Assembly (NCBI GenBank): GCA_051439505.1
Contig: JBFRWI010000050.1
Span: forward strand, 1 to 41,944
Reading direction: 5' to 3'
DNA from: Hormoscilla sp.
GTDB taxonomy: Bacteria > Cyanobacteriota > Cyanobacteriia > Cyanobacteriales > Desertifilaceae
DNA length: 41,944 bases
Each line of letters starts with the position of its first letter. Position 1 is the first letter of the stretch. Position numbers and translations under genes: made by a program. Below the pieces are notes generated by a model, which saw only the letters and a program-made list of their open reading frames with translations, ran no database searches and was not told the origin of the DNA. This document shows positions 1-11,174 of this stretch, piece after piece.

Positions 1-337
1 GAGACAGTCCAGGAGGTGAAGAAAAAAGTTAATATTTAATTAATAAGGGCACCAGAACCCAGTTTCTCGCCCAAGAGTTGACCGATGTTCTGTCGCTCCT
101 AAAGGCGACTTGACAAATTGTTCGAGCTGTGTATATAAATAAAAAGCTGTACCGCCGGGGCGGGAATTTATCGTTCCCAATAGCCCGCCTTTTGTTGCCA
201 AGAGCCTGTGGGGTAATAAAATGGGGGGTGTGACCCCCCATCCGCATCAAATGCTGATGGCGCTTGACTTCCCGCCCTCCCTGGCGGGCCGTGAGACTTG
301 ACAAGAAAGTAAGTTACCAGATAAATGAGGTAAATGT

Positions 338-3178
338 ATGACTGTTGACGACAAAAATAATTTTTCCGCAGAAGCACTAATACGACAGCTGCCCAATTTT
401 CACGATCGGACACTGAAACAGGATTATCTCAATTGGCTGGCAAATACAGAATCTCTAGCGGAGATTTTGCCGCAATTATCAGCATCAGCGCAGGCCCTGC
501 GGGTGGTGAAGTTAGCCTTAGAAGTGGATCTGCGACTGGGGGCCAGGTTAGCAGGGGCGGTAAAACCAGAGTTTCTTGAGCTTACGGTAGGTTTAATTGC
601 GCAGTTAGAGGTGCCGCCCTTACTCAAGACTAAGCTTTTGGGCCTGACAAAATCAACAGTAGCAATGCCGATGCTGCTAACAGCTTTGTCCGATGCAGAT
701 GATTTGGTTCGCAGTAGCGCTGCCGAGGGATTGGGAGATATCGGTGATGAATCGGCGATCGGGCCTTTAAGCCAAGCGTTATCCGCTCCAGAGGAGTCGG
801 TAGTCTACAGTGCGGTCAAGGCATTAGGAGAGATTGGCACCCCAGCAGCGATCGCGCCCCTGGCAGAAGCATTAGAGGATCAAGCCCGCCAGGTGCGGGG
901 AGTGGCTGTCGAAGGGTTAGGAAAGATCGGCAGTAATGAGGCGATCGCCCTGTTGGGCCAAGCATTAGAAGATGAAGAAAGCTTTGTCAGAGAGAAAGCT
1001 GTGGAAATGTTGGCCTTTATAGGTACAGAAGCGGTAATTCCCCTATTACGACAAGCCTTGGACAATCGACAAGCCTTGGACAATCAAACAGAAGACTCCT
1101 CTCTGAGTGAAATTGCCGCCGCCAGTTTAGGAGCGATCGGCAGTCCCGCAGCAATTGAGGTGTTGCAGGAGATTGTCTCATCTGAGAATCATGCTGCCAG
1201 TAAAATGGCTACCGAAGCCTTAGTGAATATCGGCAATCAACTAATGGTTGAAAAGCTGCATATTGCCTTAGCAAGTCCAGAAATTTCCGTGCGCCGTTCC
1301 TCCGTGGAAGAGTTGGTCAATATTCCCATACCTGCGGCAGTTCCGGCTTTAGAAAAAGCCTTGTACGATCCAGATTTACATATTCATCATCTGGTGCTGG
1401 AAGCATTAGGAGAGATCGCCAATAATGAGGCGATCGAGGTGTTGACGAAAACCTTGCGTGCCCACGGGAACGAATACATTTGCAGTGCGGCAGCTGAGGT
1501 ATTAGGAACAATTGATTCGTCATCTGTAGTAGACGAACTGATTAAGGCTTTATCCGATGAAAGCGAAGAGGTTCGTTGTGCCGTGGCTTCGGCCTTGGGA
1601 AATCTGGGCTCGGAAGAGTCAGTTAAGGTGCTGATCGCGACCTTGCAGCAAGATACAGATGAAGATGTTCGCAGCAGTGCAGCGGAAGCATTAGGAAATA
1701 TGGACTCCGAGACAGCAGTTGCGGCTTTAATTGAGGCTTTATCCGATGATGAAAGCGAGTTAGTGCGAGTCTATGCAGCAGAAGCATTAGGAAATATAGA
1801 CTCTCCAGCAGCAGTTGCAGCCCTGATCGAAGCAATGAGACATGATGATGAGGAAAATGTGCGCGTGGCAGCTGCTGAAGTATTGGGAAATATCGGCTCC
1901 ACCTCGGCAATTGAAGCCCTCCAGTCAGCCCTGTCAGATCCAGACCTGTTGGTGCGGAATACGGCGGCTGTTGCCTTAAATAATATCGGCGGCAGTATGG
2001 GGAAAGCCCGATCGCACTTCCAGGAAACCCCAGCAGAAAATGGCCGCATCGGAGCAGTGATTGCGGCCCTCATACCGGTAGTGTCGGAGCAAGAATACCA
2101 TCTAAGCTGGAAGGCGATCGAGCTGTTAGAGAAGATCGGCACCCCAGCAGCCATTGCCGCCCTCCAAACAGCCTTTGATAATCCCGATATAGAGGTGCGG
2201 CAGAAAGCAGTTGAGGCAAGCGTGAAGATCGGCACCCCAGAAACGATATCGGCCCTGAAACAAGCTTTGCTAGATCCCGAAATCAGCGATCGGGCGATCG
2301 TGGATCTCTTAGGGCAGATGGGGACAGATGCAGCCATAGCAGTATTGAGCCAAGCCTTGTTAAATCCCGACGCTCCTCTGCAAATGCAAGCTGCTGAAGC
2401 CCTTGGAAATATCGGCAATGAAAATGCTGTTGGAGCCTTATTACAAGCAATGGATTGTGACAATCAAGAGCTTCGCAGCATTGCAGCTGAGGGATTAGCT
2501 GAGGCATTGATCGAAAATGCCTCCAGTGTCTCCTGGGAGCGCTACTCGCACGACCCAGGAGACACTGGCTCATCAGCAAAAATTCTCCCCCAACTGCTGG
2601 CAGCCTTAAAAGATGAATACTCTTCCGTGCGCAGCAATGCAGCTGAGGCATTAGGATATATCAATTCTCCCGAAGCAGTGTCGGCATTAATTGCAGCCTT
2701 AAAAGATGAAGAACCTTACGTGCGCAGGAGTGCAGCTAATGCCTTGGGCAAAATCGGTTCGGAAGTAGCAGTGCCAGCATTGCAAGAGGCTTTATCAGAT
2801 CCAGAGCAACTGGTTCGCAGTAGCGCTGTGGAAGCTTTAGGAGACATCGGTACAGAGTCGGTGATTCAACCGCTGTTTTCAGCAATGTCCGATCCCAACC
2901 ACTCTGTCGATCGAGAAGCAGCTGAAGCTTTAGGAAATATCGGTAGCCCAGCAGCAATTGAAGCCTTGCTGCAAGCGGGGTTAGAAGATAATTTGTGGCA
3001 TTGGTCGGTAATGCAAGTGCTCGAAGAAATCGGTACGGAAGACTTACTTCCCCGTCTGTCAGATCTGCTCTTAAGCGCTAACTCCGTGCAAACTCTAAGT
3101 CTTCTGCGAGTGATTGATGTGATTCAAGAACGCTGTCAATTCTACAACTATGCGATCGCCCATTGGCATCGAGTATAA
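338..3178 (+). CDS. HEAT repeat (PBS lyase HEAT-like) protein
   Basis: 946-aa ORF made of many 'VR..AAEALG.IG...A...L..AL.D' repeats; N-terminal 'ALRVVKLALEVDLRLGARLAGAVK' is typical of cyanobacterial HEAT proteins. Confidence 0.93.
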   Translation: MTVDDKNNFSAEALIRQLPNFHDRTLKQDYLNWLANTESLAEILPQLSASAQALRVVKLALEVDLRLGARLAGAVKPEFLELTVGLIAQLEVPPLLKTKLLGLTKSTVAMPMLLTALSDADDLVRSSAAEGLGDIGDESAIGPLSQALSAPEESVVYSAVKALGEIGTPAAIAPLAEALEDQARQVRGVAVEGLGKIGSNEAIALLGQALEDEESFVREKAVEMLAFIGTEAVIPLLRQALDNRQALDNQTEDSSLSEIAAASLGAIGSPAAIEVLQEIVSSENHAASKMATEALVNIGNQLMVEKLHIALASPEISVRRSSVEELVNIPIPAAVPALEKALYDPDLHIHHLVLEALGEIANNEAIEVLTKTLRAHGNEYICSAAAEVLGTIDSSSVVDELIKALSDESEEVRCAVASALGNLGSEESVKVLIATLQQDTDEDVRSSAAEALGNMDSETAVAALIEALSDDESELVRVYAAEALGNIDSPAAVAALIEAMRHDDEENVRVAAAEVLGNIGSTSAIEALQSALSDPDLLVRNTAAVALNNIGGSMGKARSHFQETPAENGRIGAVIAALIPVVSEQEYHLSWKAIELLEKIGTPAAIAALQTAFDNPDIEVRQKAVEASVKIGTPETISALKQALLDPEISDRAIVDLLGQMGTDAAIAVLSQALLNPDAPLQMQAAEALGNIGNENAVGALLQAMDCDNQELRSIAAEGLAEALIENASSVSWERYSHDPGDTGSSAKILPQLLAALKDEYSSVRSNAAEALGYINSPEAVSALIAALKDEEPYVRRSAANALGKIGSEVAVPALQEALSDPEQLVRSSAVEALGDIGTESVIQPLFSAMSDPNHSVDREAAEALGNIGSPAAIEALLQAGLEDNLWHWSVMQVLEEIGTEDLLPRLSDLLLSANSVQTLSLLRVIDVIQERCQFYNYAIAHWHRV

Positions 3179-3283
3179 GCTATAAATAGGGTCTTTTTTG
3201 CAGCGAGCTGAGAGATCTCAACGCTCTGACCCTCGCGGTTTCTTGGCGATCACCCCAGCTTCTACCTCTGATGCTGCTGGTAG

Positions 3284-3317
3284 CATCAGTAATATTATCT
3301 AGATAATATTACTGATG
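3284..3317. repeat. 34-bp perfect palindrome with no loop
   Basis: CATCAGTAATATTATCT|AGATAATATTACTGATG is exactly self-complementary. Confidence 0.9.
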
Positions 3318-3547
3318 ACCCGAGCACTAAGTCCGGGTTGTGCTCTAGGAGCATCCTCAAGCAAGCAAGAAAGAGTCAGTAGGAGATGCGGTAGGGACGG
3401 GGCGATGGGAAGTTAACTAAAGTATGATATAATTGGTCAAAAGCAGATGGGGGACGGCGAAAATCAGGCTCCGGGAGATCCCTCAACGAGAAAATCTCCA
3501 AGATAAAATGGATAAGATATACAGTTCTCCGACTAGGGTGTTGACAA

Positions 3548-6500
3548 ATGTGGCGCAAGCTAAAAAAGAAAATAGAGCAATGGCGGGGAGTATTCCTGAT
3601 CGGGACGGGGGTGGCAGGAGTGACGATCGCAGGGAGCATCACAGGAGTGTTCGGGGTACTCGAATGGGGTATCCGCGATCAATTCTTTAGCCTGCGGACA
3701 TTAGAACCAGTTGACGAAAGGATCGCGATCGTCACTATAGATGAGTCGGATATAACTAGGTTGGGACAATGGCCCATGTCCGATCGGGTGATGGGGAAGT
3801 TGCTGCAAAAGTTGATTGACCAGCAGCCCAGATCGATCGGGCTCAGTCTTTATCGAGATTTACCAGTAGCACCAGGACATCAGGAATTGCAGGCGATATT
3901 TAACTCGACACCGAATTTGATTGGCGTCGAGAAAGTAGGTGGCGATGCGATCGCGCCACCTCCGACTTTGAGTAAGTTAGGTCAGGTGGGGGCGGCAGAT
4001 TTACTCCTAGATGCAGATGGCAAGGTGCGTCGTGCCTTGCTAGGGATCAATACCCCCGAGGGTGAATTGAGACAGGGACTGGGGGTAACGCTGGCTTTAA
4101 TGTATCTGCAAAGTGAGGGCATTACGCTACAGTCGATAGATGCTGACAGATTGGGTTTGGGAAAAGCGGTGTTCTCCCCCTTGACGGGAAATTCCGGAGG
4201 CTATGGACCGGGGGAAGTCGGTGGCTATCAAATATTATTGAACTATGTAGGACAGATAGAGCGCTTTGAGACGGTATCAATGACCGATGTGCTAGAAGAC
4301 AATTTCGATCGGGAAATGCTGCGCGATCGCATAGTTTTTATTGGGGTCTCAGCAGCGAGCCTGAACGAATTGTTTTACACGCCCTATAGCAGCAATCTGT
4401 TTAGTAATAAGGTAGCAAGAACTCCAGGGGTGGTAATTCATGCCAATGTAACGAGCACGATCTTGAGGGCGGCTCTGTCAGGGCGGACTCTGCTGCAAGC
4501 TGTAACGAACCAGGTGAGTTGGCTGTGGATTTTGGTTTGGTCTTTCACCGGTGCAGGCGGGTGCTGGATGTTGCTGGAGACAAAACAGTTCAGAAAAAAT
4601 AAATTATTTACGGCGACAATATTAGTAATTTTTCTACCCGGTGTAATTCTAGTCTGCGGCAGCTACCTAGCTTTTTTAGGGGGTTGGATAATTCCAGTAT
4701 TTTCGCCCCTATTGGCTCTGTTTATGTCAGCAATATTAAGTACAAACTACCACAATCAATGGGAATTAGCAGAATCTGCTCGTACCCTAGAAAAGAAGAA
4801 TGCCGAATTGCTATATCTCGACAAGCTCAAAGATGAATTTCTGGCCAACACTTCCCACGAACTGCGCACCCCCCTGAATGGGATTATCGGTCTGGCGGAA
4901 TCCTTAATCGATGGCGTGGCCGGAGAATTGTCAGAGGTGGCAAACTCAAATCTGAGGACGATATCCTCATCGGGGCGCAGACTGTCGAGCCTGATCGATG
5001 ATATCCTGGATTTTTCCAAGCTCAGAAACAAAACGATGGAGCAGCAAAGGGTGCCAGTAGGGGTGAGAGAGATAGCAGATGTAGTTTTTACCCTTTCTCA
5101 ACCCCTGATCGGAGAAAAGTCCTTGCAGTTGATTAACTCCCTCAGCGCCGAGGATCCTTTAGTAGATGCAGATGAAAATCAGTTGCAACAGATTCTGCAT
5201 AATTTAATTGGAAATGCTATTAAGTTTACCAAATCAGGTACGGTAGAAATATCAGGGGAATTGGTGCATTCTAAATCTTCGCCAATGCTAGCAATTACAG
5301 TTGCCGACACTGGTATAGGCATCGAGGCAGATAAATTAGAGCGAATTTTTGAATCCTTTGAACAGGCAGATGGTTCGATCTCTAGAGAATATGGCGGCAC
5401 GGGTTTAGGTTTGGCCATTACTAAACAGTTAGTGGAGTTACATGGTGGAGAAATTGCGGTTGACTCTACACCGGGGGTAGGATCGCGATTTACCTTTACC
5501 CTGCCAGTGTCATCTGGAGAGGAGGTAGCAAGACCGACGCCAGTCCTAGTATCAACTCCAACGCACCGCGAGGCTGTGGCGGATGTACCTTCGATGTCTG
5601 AGGGGTTTTTGCACCAGCGCAGCGGCTGCGCAGCAGCTAGCATCCCTCAGACATCGAAGCGCTCCCGGATGTCTGGGGCCCCTCCTGCTGTAGAGAAGAA
5701 ACCAGAACCGATCGTACATCTGTCATTGCCAACAGGCTTGAAAATTATGATTGTGGACGACGAACCGGTCAACCTTCAGGTACTGGTGAACTATTTGTCC
5801 CCCCATAACTATGCTCTGATCAAAGCCACGAATGGACCGGAGGCTTTGGCAGTAATTGAGTCAGGAGAGAAACCGGATTTAATCTTACTGGATGTTATGA
5901 TGCCTCGGATGACGGGCTATGAAGTCTGCCAAAAAATCCGAGAACAATATTCAATGGATGAATTGCCCATCTTGATGTTGACGGCGAAAAATCAAGTAGA
6001 AGATTTGATCGCGGGATTAGATGCCGGTGCTAATGATTATCTGGCTAAACCGATTTATAAAAACGAACTGTTGGCAAGAATTCAAACTCAGGTGAAGTTG
6101 TGTAATCTAGAAGCTTTGCGTCGCTTATCAGAGGAGAAAACTCAGCAGGCGGCGGATTTACAACAAGCATTGCAGGAATTGCAACGCACTCAAGTACAGC
6201 TAATTCAAACTGAAAAGATGTCCAGTTTAGGACAGCTGGTGGCAGGTGTTGCCCACGAAATCAACAACCCGGTTAATTTCATCTATGGCAACCTCAGCCA
6301 TACAGAGACATATATCCGAGAATTGTTCCATCTGATTGAGTTGTATCAAGATTATTACCCGGAACCAGTACCGGAAATAGATGAGGAAATAGATGAGATA
6401 GATTTGGACTTTCTCAAAGAGGATATGCCGCAAATTATCAAGTCAATGCAGGCAGGATCTGAACGCATAGGATCCATCGTGCGATCGCTGCGAAATTTCT

Positions 6501-7021
6501 CTCGATTAGATGAATCTGAGCTGAAGAAGGCAGATATTCACGAAGGGATTGAGAGCACGTTAGTAATCTTAGAAAATCAGCTCAACAATACCCCTAATGG
6601 TCGAGAAATTCAAGTCATCAAAGAATACAATCAACTGCCTAAATTCGAGTTCTATCCAGGTCAGCTAAATCAGGTATTTTTGAATATCATTAGTAATGCG
6701 CTCGATGCTTTAGGAACATCTGGTAACAAGGAAGACCCTGGTACGATTAGGATTAGAACCGAGGTAAGTGACAGGGTGACGATCGCTATTGCGGATAATG
6801 GCCCGGGCATGAGTGAAGAAGTGCGGCAGAAAATATTTGACCCGTTCTTTACTACCAAGCCCGTGGGTTCGGGTACCGGTTTAGGTTTGTCAACTAGCTA
6901 CTCGATCGTGGTATCGGAACATGGCGGTGATTTAACATGTAATTCTACTCCTGGTAAGGGCTCTGAGTTTGTCATTGAAATTCCCCTTTCTCAAACCAAA
7001 AAACTGGGCGATCGCAGCTAG
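3548..7021 (+). CDS. CHASE2-domain hybrid sensor histidine kinase (CHASE2-TM-HisKA-HATPase-REC-HisKA-HATPase)
   Basis: CHASE2 motifs ([27 protein letters not shown]); H-boxes [10 protein letters not shown] and AHEINNP; G-boxes DTGIG/GGTGLGL and DNGPG/GTGLGL; receiver IVDDE...LLDVMMP. Confidence 0.95.
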   Translation: MWRKLKKKIEQWRGVFLIGTGVAGVTIAGSITGVFGVLEWGIRDQFFSLRTLEPVDERIAIVTIDESDITRLGQWPMSDRVMGKLLQKLIDQQPRSIGLSLYRDLPVAPGHQELQAIFNSTPNLIGVEKVGGDAIAPPPTLSKLGQVGAADLLLDADGKVRRALLGINTPEGELRQGLGVTLALMYLQSEGITLQSIDADRLGLGKAVFSPLTGNSGGYGPGEVGGYQILLNYVGQIERFETVSMTDVLEDNFDREMLRDRIVFIGVSAASLNELFYTPYSSNLFSNKVARTPGVVIHANVTSTILRAALSGRTLLQAVTNQVSWLWILVWSFTGAGGCWMLLETKQFRKNKLFTATILVIFLPGVILVCGSYLAFLGGWIIPVFSPLLALFMSAILSTNYHNQWELAESARTLEKKNAELLYLDKLKDEFLANTSHELRTPLNGIIGLAESLIDGVAGELSEVANSNLRTISSSGRRLSSLIDDILDFSKLRNKTMEQQRVPVGVREIADVVFTLSQPLIGEKSLQLINSLSAEDPLVDADENQLQQILHNLIGNAIKFTKSGTVEISGELVHSKSSPMLAITVADTGIGIEADKLERIFESFEQADGSISREYGGTGLGLAITKQLVELHGGEIAVDSTPGVGSRFTFTLPVSSGEEVARPTPVLVSTPTHREAVADVPSMSEGFLHQRSGCAAASIPQTSKRSRMSGAPPAVEKKPEPIVHLSLPTGLKIMIVDDEPVNLQVLVNYLSPHNYALIKATNGPEALAVIESGEKPDLILLDVMMPRMTGYEVCQKIREQYSMDELPILMLTAKNQVEDLIAGLDAGANDYLAKPIYKNELLARIQTQVKLCNLEALRRLSEEKTQQAADLQQALQELQRTQVQLIQTEKMSSLGQLVAGVAHEINNPVNFIYGNLSHTETYIRELFHLIELYQDYYPEPVPEIDEEIDEIDLDFLKEDMPQIIKSMQAGSERIGSIVRSLRNFSRLDESELKKADIHEGIESTLVILENQLNNTPNGREIQVIKEYNQLPKFEFYPGQLNQVFLNIISNALDALGTSGNKEDPGTIRIRTEVSDRVTIAIADNGPGMSEEVRQKIFDPFFTTKPVGSGTGLGLSTSYSIVVSEHGGDLTCNSTPGKGSEFVIEIPLSQTKKLGDRS

Positions 7022-7081
7022 CGTGGTAGGGACGCAAAAATGAGATGCACACCCGATCGCCTTTGGTGGGCGGTGCCCACC

Positions 7082-8275
7082 CTACCGAAGTTCTCCTGTG
7101 ACCAACCTCCTCAAAATTTCGGTCACTTCCGCAGCCATCCGGGCCTCTACCTCGATCGCCTCCCGATCGCCATCTCCCAATGCTTTAGCACAGCGCAGGG
7201 TCATCGCTACAGACATTAGTTTGTCCTGGTAATGAAACTGAGTAAAGCAGGTATATGTTAACTCGGTCCGCTGTCGCCAGCTAGTTTTGCCAAATCCCAT
7301 TTTGGAGAGAATAACAGGCTTGGAGATACTATTTTGGATGCCTAATTTCTCAATGGCTACGTCAAGGTAGCGGGCGGTATCTTTGCCTAGGGCAAGAATA
7401 AATGGTTTCAAATTGTCCCAGGAACTTCCAGGTAGTTGCGCTGTCTGTGGCAGGTGATAATGCCATCCTATCATTGACATGATTCTCGTTAAGTCATAAG
7501 CTGTCACTGAGTTTTCACCCTTCTCTGTTTCTGGTGCCGCAGTCAATAGCACCTCATCTGAGGAAACCACTTCCGGGTTAGCAATTAACGGCGCTTCACC
7601 ATACATCCCCCGAAATATGGTATGGCGCGTACCAGTAATTCCCTTCAGCCATGCTTCTAGATCGGCAAATGTCTGAAAACGCTTAAACATGGCTGCTATA
7701 GAATTAGAGCTACCTATCTTTTCTGCATAGGTAACAATATCTTCCATCAGTTCCGAGATGCCAAAGCTTTTGTCATCACCCCTGACTGCACAACCATTGA
7801 TATCTGTCTTGAGGGCACAGATGATATTCAAAATGGGAATGATTTTTGTCGTACTCCAAAACTCACCTCTAGATAGGGCTTCTCTTCCCAACCAACGGGC
7901 TTTGAATGGTCCTGCTTCGCTACCGCCAATGCAAATACAGGCTTGCTTGATGTCGGGATGGAGAAATTCTAGTGCTTGTTCGTCAATTGCGGGCAACTCC
8001 CCTACCTGGGGATAGGAGGGAACTCCCCCGATCGCCAATTTGGGCTGTTCGGTTAAATACTCTGGGTAATTCTCCACCTGACTGCGATAGGGTGAGTTTT
8101 TAATCCCTTTGTCCAGAAAAGCTAGCTTATAGCTGTTGAAGCCTGCTTCTGAGTCTAGAAACTGATTGTAGACCAGATGACGATCTTGTGCTATTGTCAG
8201 AGAGACTGTTTCGCTGACGAAATTGGCAAAGTTAGTAATCAGCTCAGTTATCGATTCTACCGTCAATTCATTCAT
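7082..8275 (-). CDS. Hypothetical protein, probable serine beta-lactamase/penicillin-binding-like fold
   Basis: 397 aa; ordered motifs SxxK (WSTTKII), SxN (SSN) and KxG (SKMGFG); no signal peptide seen. Confidence 0.6.
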   Translation of the reverse strand: MNELTVESITELITNFANFVSETVSLTIAQDRHLVYNQFLDSEAGFNSYKLAFLDKGIKNSPYRSQVENYPEYLTEQPKLAIGGVPSYPQVGELPAIDEQALEFLHPDIKQACICIGGSEAGPFKARWLGREALSRGEFWSTTKIIPILNIICALKTDINGCAVRGDDKSFGISELMEDIVTYAEKIGSSNSIAAMFKRFQTFADLEAWLKGITGTRHTIFRGMYGEAPLIANPEVVSSDEVLLTAAPETEKGENSVTAYDLTRIMSMIGWHYHLPQTAQLPGSSWDNLKPFILALGKDTARYLDVAIEKLGIQNSISKPVILSKMGFGKTSWRQRTELTYTCFTQFHYQDKLMSVAMTLRCAKALGDGDREAIEVEARMAAEVTEILRRLVTGELR

Positions 8276-8312
8276 TTTCCTTTCTTTTCCTACTCGAAAG
8301 CTTCCCCGGCCA

Positions 8313-10451
8313 TTACAAAAACCACAAACGCCGATCGCGCTGCATTCCTGGGGGCAGCAGGTCTTTTAAGGCACGAGACGCTGCCCGATCGGCATAATAG
8401 GTGGTAATGGGTAAGCGGACAGTCTGAGTCGTGCCCACCTGCATCAGACTTAACCAGTATACCTGTTCGGCGAGGGTAAGTAAATCCGTATCACCCATCC
8501 TTTTTCTAATGCGCAGGGGACGGGGAGCACTTTTGGGACTTACTTTAGTCTCGCGAGAACCCGTCGTCAGAATCACCGCTTCATTGCGAGCATATTCCCA
8601 AGCATATCCATCTTCCGGGTTGCTGGACTTATTAGGATTCTCTGGGTTATATTCTACAGCTCGACAAGTCCCTGATTTGATTACTTCCACCACATCCACC
8701 TGTTCTATTCCGGCTACATGTTTCTGCAAATCCGAAATTGCTTCCATCTCTGCATCTCGAACGTCACCGTCGCGATGAATCACTAAATGTTGCAGCTTGC
8801 ACTTAAAATGTTCATAATACAATCTGACAAAATTTCTTAACCAATCCAGAAATTGAATGCGATCGAATGCTTCTCTGTAGACAGGAAACTTAGCTGTTGA
8901 CCAACCGATCGTCCGACCGGTTCTGTCTATCAAGAAAGCCGCCGGGACTGTGTCCAGATTTTTCCTGCCAAAATCTAGACCAATAAAAGCTTGGGCTTTT
9001 CCTGGCATATCTTGCAGACGCCAACTGAGATGACCGAGTTTGGCATTGATTCCCAGAATTACATTCCGACCAATATACTCATTATATCCCCTTTTGAGGG
9101 TAGATTTGGTAATCATCTGAGATGGCAGTTGCCGCTTCAAAAACTCCTGCTTTATCAGTTCGTAAGGATTGACTTCTCGCGTAAAGTATTCTTCCCCCGG
9201 TTGGGGAACGTAAGCGATGACAAAATTACAGGCTTCTTTAATGTCTTGGCAAATTTGCATCACTTGCTCTCGATCGAGAGGATCGTAGGGTTGATCGACC
9301 CGTTTTAGGTTGATGCCAAATTTTTTCATTTCTGCTTTTAACTCAACTGTGTACCTTCTAGCATCAGACTCCCAAGACTGGGGATAGAGAATGTAGGCGC
9401 GAATTTCTTCTGGCTTTTCCAACAGCTTATGCGCTTTCATTCCAGCCGCTGGATAGGGAAAGATCCTTTTTCCAAAATCGAGATTATTTTTCTGCTTAAA
9501 ATTTTGCCAATTGCGAGGTTCGCGCAGGGACTCCGAAAACTTGACAGGAGTACCATTCAGAAGAAAGCGATTTTTGTCATTGAGAAACTTAATGCTTTTA
9601 AGCGCCTTCTCTACTTTTTCGCCAATGGGCAAGAGTTGCTTGTTAAAAAAACTATTTTCTACGTCTTCTCGGTCATAAATTTTCCGCAACAGTTGCGGCA
9701 TGTGGCTGGCCTCAAAATCTTTTTTCCCACTATTTTTATACTTCACCGTGACTGCTGGTGTCGAGGGATCTAAGGAATTAAGTAATGCATCATCCAGGTT
9801 GCCTTTTTGCCTGTGGTAGTCAATTATACTCTTATTCCCGAGGGCAGATAAGGGCGTGCTAATGGTTTTTTCCTCGTCGATGCGGACAAATTCACAAACT
9901 TTGTCATCATAGCTGTGTATTAAGCGATCGCCAGGCTTCAAAGTCTTCAGTTCGTCGATCGTCAACTGGGAGTGATACTCGTTAGCGAAGTCAAGCACTA
10001 GGACTAAATGCTGATTCTCGTCTCGGATAAAGTCAAATTTCAGATACCGTTGACTTTCCATCCCATCCGTAGTTACCCGGTCTTTTGAATAAATCCGTTG
10101 GCGCAAGCGATCTATTTTCGGAGCGCTCTGAAAAGCATTATACAGGGCAAAGTTGCAAGCCTGGAACAAGTAGCGATCGTATCTGGGTTCGGCTAAGTTA
10201 ATTGACTCTTCCTCTATAATACTGTAGCGATCGTCCTGGCTGGCCAACGGAACTGGACTTAAAATAGCACTGTTAGTGATGTCTGCCAGAATGGCAGTTT
10301 TGTGTTTCCATTTCAGACTCCTAGCTAACTTTCCCAGTTCTCCGGGGAGATCGTCACTTGCGGCATTTAGTTGGACGCGATAGCGGGTGTAAGGTAGTGA
10401 GGCGATCGGGTCTTGACTGACAAAGCTCAATTCTCGTATTGGCATCGGCAT
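8313..10451 (-). CDS. ago: Long prokaryotic Argonaute (PAZ-MID-PIWI), predicted catalytically active (DEDD)
   Basis: 712 aa; MID motif Y..IK...PSQMI...NAKLG; PIWI tetrad GLD / REAF / HRDG / YYADR; 'RLPITTYYAD' and C-terminal LWFL; PAZ-like IIDYH. Confidence 0.93.
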   Translation of the reverse strand: MPMPIRELSFVSQDPIASLPYTRYRVQLNAASDDLPGELGKLARSLKWKHKTAILADITNSAILSPVPLASQDDRYSIIEEESINLAEPRYDRYLFQACNFALYNAFQSAPKIDRLRQRIYSKDRVTTDGMESQRYLKFDFIRDENQHLVLVLDFANEYHSQLTIDELKTLKPGDRLIHSYDDKVCEFVRIDEEKTISTPLSALGNKSIIDYHRQKGNLDDALLNSLDPSTPAVTVKYKNSGKKDFEASHMPQLLRKIYDREDVENSFFNKQLLPIGEKVEKALKSIKFLNDKNRFLLNGTPVKFSESLREPRNWQNFKQKNNLDFGKRIFPYPAAGMKAHKLLEKPEEIRAYILYPQSWESDARRYTVELKAEMKKFGINLKRVDQPYDPLDREQVMQICQDIKEACNFVIAYVPQPGEEYFTREVNPYELIKQEFLKRQLPSQMITKSTLKRGYNEYIGRNVILGINAKLGHLSWRLQDMPGKAQAFIGLDFGRKNLDTVPAAFLIDRTGRTIGWSTAKFPVYREAFDRIQFLDWLRNFVRLYYEHFKCKLQHLVIHRDGDVRDAEMEAISDLQKHVAGIEQVDVVEVIKSGTCRAVEYNPENPNKSSNPEDGYAWEYARNEAVILTTGSRETKVSPKSAPRPLRIRKRMGDTDLLTLAEQVYWLSLMQVGTTQTVRLPITTYYADRAASRALKDLLPPGMQRDRRLWFL

Positions 10452-10886
10452 TAACTTCCTTGACTTTACTTATTTTATCATAACTTAGGCATAACTTAGG
10501 CGATTCATGACTGCTATATTTTTTGGTATCCCGTGCTACTGTTTTTGACTGTTTTTACAGAAAAACTGGTTTCTGGGCCTTCCATGTGAATATACCTACA
10601 GCCAAAGGTAAATGCCGCCAATTGGCAAGGTAAAGAAATGTATAGGCCCCAAGACCTCAAGTAGGCTCGATCGCTATTAATTTTCAACTTACCCTCAAAC
10701 AAGTTAAAATTAATCTATGAATAAATCTATTTTACTAGAGAAAAAATCTTTACCGATCGGGGGGGCGGTAAACCGGGCGGTTACAGTATGGTAATATCAG
10801 TTGGGAACAGTCCCGAGGTCGATCCTAGCCCCACCCTTGAGGGTGGGGGGCTTGAGAATGGGGGCTTGAGGGTGGGAATAATCGGG

Positions 10887-11089
10887 GGCGTTGCACATTT
10901 TTACCGATGATAGCAGTCAATGGTTGCAAATTGCCGTTCCCAGGCGGGAGCCTCTTAACGAGGAAAATTGAAAATTGAAAAGCCAGTATTTGTCTATTCC
11001 TGACAATTTATAACTATTTCAATTGACCATTCGCAATTTGCAATTTTCATCCCGTATCATCCCGTATCATCCCGTCGTTGTGCAACCCC
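10887..11089. mobile_element. MITE, 203 bp
   Basis: TIRs GGCGTTGCACA / TGTGCAACCCC (1 mismatch); 8-bp direct repeat TAATCGGG at 10879-10886 and 11090-11097. Confidence 0.75.
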
Positions 11090-11174
11090 TAATCGGGCTT
11101 GGCCGGGGCTAGTATGTAGCTTGCACTTAACCTAACCATTATCTTTACATTACGGAGCTAACGAAAAACAAATC

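Noticed and set aside
110..300. sRNA upstream of the HEAT gene
   Set aside because: TTGACA and a few GC hairpins are present, but the -10 box is poor and no family was recognised
10826..10876. IS200/IS605 or IscB element end (CCCCACCTTGAGGGTGGGG..GCTTGA) near pAgo
   Set aside because: Short and degenerate, with no tnpA/tnpB/iscB or second end; indistinguishable from local REP palindromes
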